A stretch of DNA of 64,000 bases from Phoronis australis (taxonomy: Eukaryota > Animalia > Phoronida), in the NCBI GenBank assembly GCA_002633005.1, contig NMRA01000117.1:62001-126000 (forward strand), written 5' to 3'. This document shows positions 11,756 through 24,454 of the stretch, piece after piece. Both the position numbers and the translations under genes were made by a program. Each line of letters opens with the position of its first letter. Position 1 is the stretch's first letter. Under the pieces are notes generated by a model. That model worked only from the letters and a program-made list of their open reading frames with translations. It made no database searches and had not been told where the DNA came from.

Positions 11756-13914
11756 AAAGGGCATTTCCTATCACCATTTGGTGTTTACAATTCTGAAATC
11801 AAGATACGGATTACACAGAAACTTTCAACAATTTTTCCTAGAAACTAAAAAGTTGGTTCATGGCAATGTAGTTTTAGTGATATCTAAAATCACACAAGCT
11901 TCATGCAACTAAAATATACCAACACCCAATGAATGGGAGGTCACACTGAGAGGCAGGAAATGTAACCAAAATCTTCCCAGGGCCACTTTCTCATGCTAAT
12001 CAAACAGTGAGTTCAGCTGCACACCTACACAATCGATCCAATTATGAACTCAAAATGGGTCACAGGAACCAACCTCTGGTACAACTCATATCCCTGGTTA
12101 CCACACACACTCTCTAGTTAATTAGCCAAACACATAAACTAATAGGGGCCCACACATTTATGACCAATCACTGATCACCATCCAATGCAAGTGCATCTTT
12201 AAATGACAAACACATTTGAGCAGTGGCGAACCTGGCTAGATCATTGCACTAGCTTCCGCTATCAATAACAATAGAAAAACAAAAACAGACTAAATATAGA
12301 TTGGGCTTGAGTAAAAATAGCAGTACTAGTCCGAACAGAATGAATAACTGATCATTTGTTACTAATTATGAACCTCTCTGATTGATGTGGTCCTACACAT
12401 GGATACAACACACTCCAACAGAACACAGTGCCAACTGGATCCAGATTGGTGTATTTTCTTTTAAAACTTTCTGGCCATCTCTAATGTTGTTACACACTTC
12501 TCCCCAACCTCATGTTTTCACAGTGGGAAAAACTGTTCAAGGCCACAGGACCAGCTGATACATGGTGCAAGGAAAACATTAATCCACCTAAACAATAAAT
12601 CTACCACTGAGTACCTCAGAAGACTTTTGTTAAGATTCGTAGCAATACAATAATGCAAGTTTGGCTTTGCAGAGTCTCATACATGTCCATCTACCATAAA
12701 GCAACCAAATACTTAATGCAGGCAGAAGTAAATACAATTAAAGTGACAGCAGTAAGTTTATGTTTCTAGCAGATGATAGCATGCACATGTGCAGTCTTCA
12801 TACAGAAGGAAAAACTGCACCATACCAATTAACAACAACTGTATATTCAACTTCATCATAAAGGTAGATGGTGATGCTTTTCACACCTGAGTAAGAAAAG
12901 ATGTCAATCCAATCTCAAACGAGGCAGTAGTGAAAAGTCATCAAGTCAAACGGTACAGATGTAGTAGAAGTGATTAAGAACGCAGGGTACTCACAGCAGT
13001 GGCACGAAGATAGCAGTAACAGTTAAAGGTATTTTACAGGTGTCAGTGACATAAGTGTGTTTGTCTTGTCAAAAAACAGATGTATGGAAAGGATGTTCTA
13101 AACGAGCCCTGCAAACTGTTGGTGCCGAACCAATAATGAATGAAACTGCAACTAACATGCACTGGAAACGCGGAAATTCAAGTTAATTACAACACTTGCA
13201 AAATTTCTCAAGCAGGCTGGTAGATTTGCCGAGTATGATTAGTGAAGTTACAGCAGTGTCTGTTGCAATGGGCCTGTAGATGGCCTAAGTGACGTGCCCA
13301 CCTTTCCGTTTTGCAGACTTTATATAGCAAAATTCCGACACCACTGCCACATCACTGTTATTGTTGGTTGCAACTGCAGCGTTAAAAACATTCACATCTG
13401 AGTAGCAATTAGCTGAAGTGAAATGCAGAACAAGCTGTAGAACCCATTACCTGAACACTTCCAAACAGAGATGAGTAATAACGTCTAAATATTCATTCAC
13501 AGAGGACAGGGCAGTCAGTGAATGGTAATCCAATGCAGGCAGCTAAGATACAACTGAATGAACCCTGCTTAATTGAATTACATAACAGTCAGAGGACAGC
13601 ATAGCATATTGTAGCACTAATTATAACTTGATTTCCTGCAATACGGATTATTTTGATCAATACATCCGTTTAGTAGACTTCCACACAGTACGTAGGCTCC
13701 TCGGAACACCCTCTTCTCCATAACCAAGTTTTTAGTGTAAGCCCTCCAAGACTCCCTTTCTTTGAACACATTCAGTTGAATAGAAGAGTATTGTCATTCA
13801 TAAAGCTATCTCCCAAATAATGCCAATAATTTACTAACAGCTAAAACCTAGCTTATTTTTTAAAGAAAATTCAACACTGAACTCACAAGATTATATCGGA
13901 CCATAGAAAAAATG

Positions 13915-14350
13915 TGCAAATGGCCAAATTCAGAACGGTATATCTCAGAAATGAGGATCAGGTTCACTTGAAACTTTCTACTACTAAACTTCATGCATTG
14001 CTCTCCAAAATGTTAGCAATTGTTTTTTACAATGTTGCATTTTTGTATGAGAGACTATCAAAACAGAGGAATTAAAAAAAATCAAACGTTGCATAAAACA
14101 AGAACAAAATGATCATTAAGTGTAACAGTGTTTATAAGATGTCATCTTGGAACAATTATTTTAAATAAAGTTATTATATCGATAATGGAGACTTGCTATC
14201 AGTGTACCTTATGTTTAACTAAATTGTACTAAAAAGACATGGTCAGGTGACCCAAATAGTGGCAGACTGATAAAACAAATTCAACAGGCTTTTTACTTTC
14301 AGAAAATATGTACCTCCCCCTATCTATAGTTTTGTACAATATTTGGCTTA
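13915..14350. repeat. Old interspersed repeat family A, copy 1
   Basis: Shares TGGC.AA.TTCAGAAC...TCAC.TGAAACTTTC...CTCCAAAA...TTTTG.ATGAGAG.CTATCAAAA with ~24460-24615 and with 24944-24970 + 26710-27100. AAATTC.ACAGGCTT...TTCAGAAA is shared with ~27018. Confidence 0.6.
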
Positions 14351-16501
14351 ATGCAGACTTGTCGATAAGGTCCTACATAACTTTAAACCATAGTCGCTGT
14401 CACGAAAACACCTTCAGAAGAGTTAGTTGTATTCCAAATATAACGTGGTGAAGAAAATTTCGTTCACTGATAGCCTCTGCTCTAACAGTTGGCCCTGTAA
14501 ACTTGAACGTTAGTCTGGTTTAAGTTGACACTGTAAGGGTATTAAGATACTGTTTTAGATACAGCAAGTTTCAATTACAAACAGTTGACATACCAGTCAG
14601 GGACACAAAAAACACTCTAGCATAAGCCAAAGCTGCTATGGTGGTTAGTCAGAGATCTGGAATTGTGAGATGTCAGGTCCAAAATATAAACATCCTCAGT
14701 TCTGTGACTTTCAACAACAGGTGTCAAGATTATTAAACAGCACAATTAACCTGCTGGTTAGGAATATCACTGTTTTACAGTCAAGGACAGGCCAGTTGTG
14801 GCAGAGTCAGTTAGGTGGTCCAGATTGACATAGCTGCTTTGATGTAGCATGTGTGTTCCATTAGGTGGTGATAGAGCCAACTGCAGTTAGATTACTAGCA
14901 ACACCCACTGGATCTACCAGGGAGACCTCCATCAGCTCACACTAATGAGTTATACAATATTAACCAATTTTGCAAACTACTCAGCATGAGAAAAGAAATG
15001 TATATAGATTGCTTGTGTGTTATGTGGGGTCAGCAAGTGCAAATAGACCAGGCAGTGCCTCTTGACACATCTGAAGGCACAAGGCAAGTTGTATAGTAAA
15101 ATAACTCTTTTAATTATCCACAGAATCATCAATATTTGTCAAGTTTTGCAATAAAATGTGCACGCAAATGTGACAGCATCTTCAAACACTACACTTGATG
15201 TGTGTCACAAGGTCAAATGTTAAATATTGACTTTTTTGCATTAGTAATACTTCATGTTCCATTATAAAAATATATCTAATTCAAAACTCCACAAGCAGGC
15301 TAACCAAAGGTGACCACTTAATTAGCATTTAATCAACAGTTAAGTGATCAACCAAATGAATAACCACATTATTTGTCAAGGTGAGGCTACACAGTGTCAC
15401 AAGAAATTAACCTAACAATATCATTTGCCATAATTTAATTAATTCAAACTTTGGTAAAGTACAGTTCTTCAGAAAGAGGACACCATAAGGAACCTCAAAA
15501 CCAAAAGTGCACACAATTTTTAAGTGCTTTTATTTTCTTTTTATAGCAACAATACTGTGGCCTATGGTTAAAATGTGAAACAGCGCAGAAGTTATAGCCA
15601 AATTACTTTTTCACCAAGTTTTGATGGAATACGTCTTATAACTGAAAATTTAAATCTTGAAAAAGTCAAGGTCTAAACATGTTAAGCAGCGTACTGATTA
15701 AAATAATTCCAGTGTCTAGCCTAAAGAGACAGAGTAATTAAGTTTGTGAAAACCTCACACACTATTCATGGAAAATATCTGGATGGTGCAGCATTATGTT
15801 ACAGGGCAAACTGTCACAAGCATCATGTGACCACCATGGTGCACCCAGACTTCTGTAGTCACTCCAGCAGGTCGCCTGCTATGTTCTGATGAGACATTTC
15901 TGGGCATGGCATGTGTTACAGACATGTACTCCAACTGTTGAGCCAGTAGCTGTGCTTATAACCTGCAACTAACCCCTTGACAGTCAATCAAGACATCAGC
16001 CAGTGTACAAGTCTTCTAACAAGACTGCCCCAGAATATAAGGATAGCACATTGAGGCTAACAGTGTAGAAATGTAAATTTCACATGCTTGCAATGAGTAC
16101 AAGAACATGTTAATTACTACCAATCAGTTATTTTCAACGAACGCTCACAAAAAATGGGGTCTACAACCGGTCGTTAACCATGTGACAAATATCTCTTACA
16201 AATATTCCCAAAATCTCCCACCTCGTACAACAGGTTGGAAAGTCTGGGACTAATTTACTTATTTTGATACAATGTTTATATTTCCTCCTCCTGGACTCAT
16301 CCTTACTAAAAATAGTAGCACATGATTTGCATATGTTTGTGCAGACACTACTCAATAGTGTGTCCAGTATATTTAGTATGTTGACCCAAAGGGTTGTCTA
16401 GTTCATGTCACCCAGGCCAATGGTCAGCTCACAAGTACACTCTTGGGTCATTTGAATGCAGCTTACTTTAAGAATGATAACTTAAAGAACATAAATTGTA
16501 T

Positions 16502-16546
16502 TATAATAATAATAATTGCTATTATTATTATTATTATTATTATTAT
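16502..16546. repeat. (TAA)n/(TTA)n microsatellite in inverted arrangement
   Basis: TATAATAATAATAAT-TGCT-ATTATTATTATT...; the two halves are complementary. Confidence 0.85.
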
Positions 16547-17769
16547 TTTCACAACTCTTATTGCTATTAAATTTAACATCTACTCTTATTTAAATATATT
16601 ATCAGTAAACTATTAAGACTGAACTTTTTCAATGGTTAGTTAAAAAATTGTTTAATGTTCCATTCAATTTTTATACAGTTAAGGTCTTAACTACAAAAAT
16701 ATATGTGTACGTGCAGCTATCAAAACAAATGTTCAAATTTAATTTAACAGTACTGGACACATTAGAAGCAAGATGTATTATCTATCTTAACATAGCCTTC
16801 CAAAAGTAACAAGTTACCAACCATGAAACATTGTTTTATACCCCCACTGTTAAAAACAACATGGTCGCTCTGTCATAAGTCAGCCATGATCAAATTCAAT
16901 TTAAGCTGAAATGATACCGCTCACAGCATCAGCCATTTATGCTAATGAAGCAGGTCTCTTGTGTCAGTTTACAACTTGCTCCAAGTGCTAACAGCAGCCA
17001 TGTTTATTTGTGTTTTTTGTAGTTTTGTTTTACTACATGGGTTCAAGCAGACATCCCTCTCTACAGGCATCTTCAACACTAGTCTAACCAAGTGCTCAAT
17101 GTGTTTTGGTAAAGTACAAATGTAAACAACTTGTTTCCATGAGAACGATTTAAATTAATCTGTGACCTTCAAGTCCTGAAGCCAGAGGCAGCAAGATCAT
17201 GAACAGCCAAAATCTTCATCAAGTTTTGTGATGATAAAACACGCCTGCAATGGATTCTTAGTAAAACTACATTACAGTATTCATTCATAAATATAACTAG
17301 AAACAGACAACATTTCTGACTATAAATCGGATAACCACTGTATCCTAAGACAGATGAGCATGGTTTTACCCTTCTAAAAGTCTAGGTCCAAAAGTCAAAG
17401 TGCAAATGTGTAGTAATTCAAATAGTGATTTTCCTTTGTCACACTGCATCAGGAGATATGGTTTATTAAGCTATCAATCCCCATTAATGAATTATGACTG
17501 GCCCTCACACTGTTGGCTAATTAGATAGCAGGAAGTGGGATGGGTCCAACAGGTTAACTCTGCATGCAATGGGAACATAGTAATCCACACCCTGCAGAAT
17601 GGCTAACCAAAGTAATATACACAGAGTGCTCCAAGTAGGGTAATTTGGAAAGAAAAATAAGTATACACTTGTGCCACATAATTCCAATACTCAGGCTAAT
17701 AATTAAAATGAAGCTGTTGTCCACGGTGACGCTTGACTAACTAATGATGATTATGACAAAAATGATCAA

Positions 17770-18176
17770 GAAACTAAGATATGCAGTCGATGGTAAACTA
17801 ACAAAATTACGCCAGGAATAGGTCAACAAAAGTACACCAGGAATAGGTCAATAAAAGAGAAGTCATCATTAAGTCCTGAATCACTTAAACCTTAAAATAA
17901 AAATGAATGGCATAGTTCACATGGCGCTTGACGAGATCTATCTAAATATCAAGTTTCAGAGATTCTTCAAGACGGTAAAAAATGAAAATGAAATTGCTAG
18001 CACCACCTCGCGCCCGGTTTCAGCCAGAAACAATAAGCCTCAAGCTACTGCTGAGACATGTGTGTAAATTTCATGTCGATCGGACAAGAAATATGGCCTG
18101 TAGTGAGCAAACAATGAAAATCAAGAAAAAAAATTATAAAGGAATAATAAGACTTGTCTTTTTGGCCAAGTAATAA
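17770..18176. mobile_element. Degenerate HINE/Helitron-like non-autonomous element (second family)
   Basis: Motifs typical of such repeats (AAATATCAAGTTTCA, AAATTTCATGTCGATCGGACAAGAAAT), a terminal hairpin ACTTGTC..GCCAAGT followed by AATAA, and an internal ~25-bp duplication of CCAGGAATAGGTCAA. Confidence 0.35.
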
Positions 18177-21100
18177 CAAGATTCAGTTTGTTAATTCGTG
18201 ACAATGCATGAACAAGAAATTTTTAAAATCAAAAACCTTTAGCAGCGAGTACTGGAAAGGTATGAGTATGCAATCAGTTTTCCCCCTGAACTGACAGTGA
18301 AGCTGTACAAGCCAACACCCATCAGACATTTAATAATGGTTTTGTGAAATTAAGCAAATACACAATAGGTAATTCGATCAGGGATAAAGAGAAAACAACC
18401 AGGTAAATATAGCGTAAAAGATTATACAAAAGTTTTTCCTTAAGGCACTATTGTTGGTTTCAGATTGACTGGGCTCATAATTTGCCAAGGTAACCATTCA
18501 GAAAATGACTACTCGTTTAAACAGAGAGGAGACTGGGAATGAAAAAACACTCCGATTTCATGGCACCAGCGGACATTTGCAAGTCTGCTAAAAAGCAAAT
18601 AGAAGCGAGATTGGTGAATGGAAATGATCACGACAGCCCCTGAAACAGTGCAAGTGAGCACAAGCTGGCACCAAGCTGGTCCAATTCAAAGGAAACGCAC
18701 TCTATAGAAGGAGGAGCAAAATGAGAAGCCACAACTCGAGTTCATTCATAAAAATCTTATGCAAATACAGAGTGAGCATAGTGAGTGAGCAGCCTGGGGC
18801 AAATAACCTGGTGTCAACTTAAAAAAATCAAGCCATTGAATGTGTGAAAGAGAGTTTGTAAATATAAGTTGTATCAACATAAGAGAAGGGTTTTCACAAC
18901 TTGTTGAAAGTTCAACAGTTGTATGGAGCTATATTGTGCAGACAAAATGTCTGAGATAATATTTTACCAATTTATTTTGTCGCTAATAGAGAATGATTGT
19001 GTTTGTAAGGTAAACAGTGCGATGAGGCTGAGTCATACAGGTAGCAATAAGCAGAATAAACATTTCTGGAGCACATCTTTTAAGTATGATCCTTTGAAGG
19101 TTACCTTTGACCAGCGGGACTGACTGCAGTTCTCCCAACAGAATGTTTCTGAAAATAAAATTTTAAAAGGTAATACAAAAGTTGAAGAAACTATCATAGC
19201 CATTCTGGTTACTGGTCAGGGTTCTGTAATTTGGGAACAAAAAAATCAGGCATGCGTTAAGCCAAGCACGTATGCTTAAAAGCAAAACTGGGAGATAATC
19301 GAGTTAATGCCCATGGACCTACGCTGCTGACAGACTTTATGTGCAAAAGCCAAAAAAAATATTGGCGAATTGCAGACAATGTAGTTAAGGGCCTAACTTC
19401 CAAAATGGAGTAATCAGGTACACTATTTCAGTAGCGTGACCTAGTTTTTAACATTTTTAAAATTTCAGCTGCTAACATTACACCCAAACAATGCGCAGCT
19501 TACACGAATGCTTTCACTGTTTATGCACAAGAGTACAATACGGTAATACTACCAAGCACATGCGCCAACAGATCCATTTCAAGCCTCTTTCAGTAAAGAG
19601 CGGTAAAGAATGGGTATTATCCTGCCCAAATAAGGCAAGTTATAACTAAAACTAAATGACTGAGACATCAGTTGGAGTTAACTCGTACAAACATGGAAAA
19701 TGTGCATATGCATTCAACAGTAAAAAGGACATCAACTCAATCCGTACAATACCATTCTGTTGCTTTGTTGAGCAATTTTGCAATCATTCTGTATAAAATA
19801 TGTTTCCCAATCATAAGACATGCACGTACTAAAGAATGGCAAAATTAATTAATTCCAAAAATGTAAAAAGATTTTTATCTAACAGATTTCATATAGCAAG
19901 TTTTAGACGATAGCATTCGTATTTAACAGTATTTATAGAGGAGTCCAGTTTCAGGACAGTAATCATATTTCCATTTCAGCCAAAGGCCTGCAGATAGTGG
20001 TTACCTGTATGAGGTCACCAGTGACTCATTGCACAAACAGAGAACACAATGCAATGTCACTAGAGTTCTGCCTGATTGGTCATTTTATTGGAAAAGAAAA
20101 CCCTGACATACATGACTCATAATCAAAACCTCGGGTTTCTCTCCATCCATAGCCATTCATAACCTTACATTCACATTATGGTAAAATATTACCAATTTCG
20201 AACAAAACTATTGCCTAAATTGCCCTTTCCCAATTTTCAAGAGCATCTAACATTTGTATCCTAAATTGGTGGTTTTACCATGTGGCAAAAATACTACGCA
20301 TATGTGTGCAGAAAAATGAGGCATTCATATTCATGACTTGGAACATGCAATGAGGTTAAGACACAACATGCATACTATTTGACAAGAGCTGTGGGGTGTC
20401 ACAGTAATAGGAGGCGACTTGACAAATTTTGAGCTACACTGGTAACCAATTACATGGCCTAGAATATAAAAACATCCACTTCCTGTACCAATAAAGGCTC
20501 CAGCAAGGGGAAAGGGTCTGAACACCTCATGGGGGAGATTACCTAATAGCAATTTACAGACCTGCAGGCGTTATGCAATCTAGTTAAAGCTAATTAATGT
20601 GAAGGGACATCAGTCAGTTGATTGACATCCATCAAAGGATGGTCAAGTATAAATTTGGAGTTAGACATTGAACAATGGGTGCCATAAGGGGGCTCAGCTG
20701 AATGTTGCACCATCCTAACTGCATTACACTGGTAGGTTCATAGCAGGAACTGCTGAGAGCTAATTAATAAAACAAATTAAATAGTTAGAAGGTAAATGAT
20801 AGGAGACCAGCCTCTGGTGGGAAGGCCAAAAGGTTAACAAGAACACCCCAGGCAAGCCAAGGTTATTCAGTGCACTTAATTTTCCTACTATTTGTTAACT
20901 TTTGCCAAGGTAGTCACAATAATAGTTTGCTACACAGTGTAAATGCACAAAGCAACAACTTCAACCACATGGCATCTTATTTATACATTGAAGATATAAC
21001 TTGTGTTTTCCTTAATGTGTATATTCAGAACATCAAACAAGTTTCCTCAACTGAATAATAACATCTTTAAAGCCATTTCAGCTCAAGATATTATGGTTAT

Positions 21101-23750
21101 TTTAAATCACTTTCTCATAGTTATTCCACCAATACACAGTAGAAGAAACAAAGAACACCGAGAACCTTCATGTGTTCAAAACATGGTGTTAGGCATATGG
21201 ATTTGAAGAATAAGATATCAAAAATTGCATATTTTGAATTGGTAAAATTAAGACGCGTTATGATATATTACTCCACAAAAATGTTCTTAATCGTTCAATA
21301 TAATGACACAACTACCAACATATCCCATGTGAGCAAAGTGGACCCCAAAATGTCAATTTTCCCTTTCAGTGACACAACAGCCCCAAGCTTCAAATCACAA
21401 TCCATTGAATGATTATGGTGGTAACTCATGTACGCCCCATGACCATAGTGTGAAAAATATGACACTCAACAATACTTGGTGGTTGATATTTTACACTATA
21501 AAAATTGCAAGAAAAACAAGAGCACAAGTGTAACCAGGGGTTAATCACCTGTTACACTGGGATGGCCAATCACATTGTAAGCAGCAATACTATGTGACAG
21601 GTTCAACTATTTTCCAACATTTTCTTGAATTTGATAATGAAATGCCAATGTACAAATGTTGTTGAGGTTGTCATCCACCAGACACTGTTTAATAATAGGC
21701 AGTAACTGAACATGTCAAACGATATTGGTGTACTAATCAGCCACCGACCACCAGGTGTCAGCAGTAGCTCCTTTCCAAAACTTGATGGTTTTTGCCGAGT
21801 ACACCACTTTTGTTTTATTCTCGTGAACGGTTTTATCATGAAAAAACACGATAATTGGTCTTCTTCATTTACTACATCATAGTAACTTAACTCAAATAGT
21901 TGCAAAAGGCAAGGAATCTGTGATTCAGCACATCTTAGAAATCTGATCATGTCATACAGGATTCACCAAGGTTGATTACAATGAAGTGCAGTTCCTGTCC
22001 TCCCATTCAACTCAACTCAACCCTGACATGTACTTATTGTATTGCTATACACCCAATTGGCAATAATGGGTTTTTTATTTGTAATACACAACCAAGCATA
22101 ATTAGCAAGCTGCCAGTGATGGCTTGAAACGTTTCAGTAAATTGCAGTAGGACTTTCTCCCGAAAAATTGCCTCCACTTTATCTGATACACTGCAAAGTT
22201 AAAGGAGAGTCGGAAATGAAAACTCAAACCCAAAAGTGAATATACCAACTTATGACCACAAAGACAAAATACAAACACAGGGTGAAAGCAGAGTCAACAC
22301 TTCATAGCTACTGGACAGTATGTCAATTTATACAACTTTATTAAACTTCCTTTGATCTCTATGGCAAATAGACACAAATTTTAAGCACACAAGGGGTATT
22401 AAACAATTACCTATATCCCAATGAGTTAGTGGTGTCCTCAAATATTCTTGTGCAACTTTGTGCATCATTGCACTCATTTTGGAATTAAACAAGCAATCCA
22501 TGAACTTGTGTTGAAAATTTTATCAATCCTTTTGAACTCCATCCCACGATTAAATTTTGGGAATTGTTGGAATTACCGTGTCAACACCTGCACGCACTGA
22601 AGTCACCCCAGACTATAAACAAATGGTTAGAAGGTGTCTTGAAGGGCTGATCACATCACTACCCTTAAAAATGTTGACGGGGAAAACTGAATGAATCAAA
22701 ATGTAACTGCCATACACAGAGTGGATGTGAAATTGTAAACTGAAACAGAGATAACATCAGTTAGAGAGCTTCAAATCAAAACTCAGTTTGTTGTATTGTT
22801 ACCATTTACAATCTGAATCCAAAATACAATTGATGGGTGAAGAGCCTTATCACTGCGTGTGGCCACTGAATGAGAGCTTGATTAACTATTAACAAAAACT
22901 TTAATATGAAAAACTAGACGGAAGAAGAGCAAGTGGGCTAGTTTCACGGTTTCAACAGTTATTATAGTGCTGTAGGACATAATGACGAGAACAGAATTTC
23001 GACAAAAAATTCAACAAGAGTGAAATTGTACACTTCAATAACAAATCTTGTTCCTCTGACACAATTCAATTCTATCGTTTTGCTTAACACCTGCACGGCA
23101 GCTATCCAATACAGAGAGCAGCAGAACCATCAACAGAAGTCAGATGCGCAAGAGGGAAATAAGTCATTAATGATTCCTAATTACTAGATTTGTTATTGCA
23201 TAGTTTCAAATATCTGAGGCTAGTTTCACAATAACAACACAAATATCTCACAATTGAGCTTTTTAAATGTAAGCAAAATAAAACTTGAAGGCTCTATTAG
23301 TTATGTTGGTGATAACTGAAATTGTTCTGAATGAAGTGCTCACACTTTTGAGCTCAGTATTACAAAGCTGTCATTGACACCAAAGCAAGGGCAAACACTA
23401 TGGAGAATACCCATGTACAATAGTTGGATGCACCGCTTCATCAAGAGCATTTGAGCGCAAGTCACTTATAACGGGTGACTGGCGGGACTTGAATAGACTG
23501 GGCATATTACGAATTACAGTTAGTCTAACCAATTTAGGGCACAACATGACCAAAAGGTGAAATTTTAGTTTCCCATCTTTATTAAGATAAGAAAAATAGC
23601 ACAAAATAAACGTTGTATCATTTTATAAAGCCTGTACCATAGCAACCATGAGGAGAATGTATATAAGAAATTGTGACTATTCACAACCATCATAGAAGCC
23701 TTTAATAAATCAAAGACTTATTTTGGCTAATCATTTTGTCCAAAGTTGTA

Positions 23751-23914
23751 CGGTGGAGGATCCAGGATATTTTTTATAATGGGGAGTAGGGTCAAGGACT
23801 TTTTAAAAGGGGAGTCAAAGTCAACAATTTGAAAATTCTAGATTTGATATCACTAAAATCAAGGGAAAAGGGGGGTTCGGACTCCTTGGACCTCTCCCCC
23901 TAGATCCGCCTACG
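23751..23914. mobile_element. Short MITE of the GGCGGATCCAGG...CTAGATCCGCC type
   Basis: Imperfect TIRs CGGTGGAGGATCCAGG and CCTAGATCCGCCTACG, with G-rich/C-rich subterminal runs. No clean TSD. Confidence 0.6.
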
Positions 23915-24454
23915 GATTGGTAAGATTTTACCGTAGTAAGCTATACAGGGAAATGTTTATTTCATACTGGGACTTGCGCTACTAAGAACCAAAACCAAGG
24001 GTTCCACCCAAAGCTTACACCAAAATAATCAATGACAGTGTAGCATGAGGCTCTAAAAGGTTTAAGATGATTAAGACTTCAAATCAACATACACTATCAT
24101 CCAAATCATATAAGTTAAATTAATACATAAATGTTTTCTAAAATTACGTTTAACAAATGCATTACAATATAATACAGAAGTACACAGACAAAATGCCACA
24201 GCACAAATATTACAGAAGAGAGTTCAACTTGATTATGAACTGATTTCCAGGCATTTTAGACTAAACGGTTCACAGGTTAGCAAACAGTGCAAGACTGACA
24301 GAAATTATTTCACACACTCCACAACTAGTGCTGCCATCTTTTGCAATAACAATGGATGATGGTCTCCATATGTAGAGGGTACTGCCATCTGTTGGTCAGA
24401 AGTAATGGAAGACAAACCACAGGTGCTTCGATTTGTAGGACTTAAAAAAACATC

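Noticed and set aside
16380-16452. Hairpin TGACCCAAAGGGT...ACTCTTGGGTCA as a second microRNA
   Set aside because: Only ~12 bp of stem with a poorly paired interior, and no match to any conserved miRNA I recognise.
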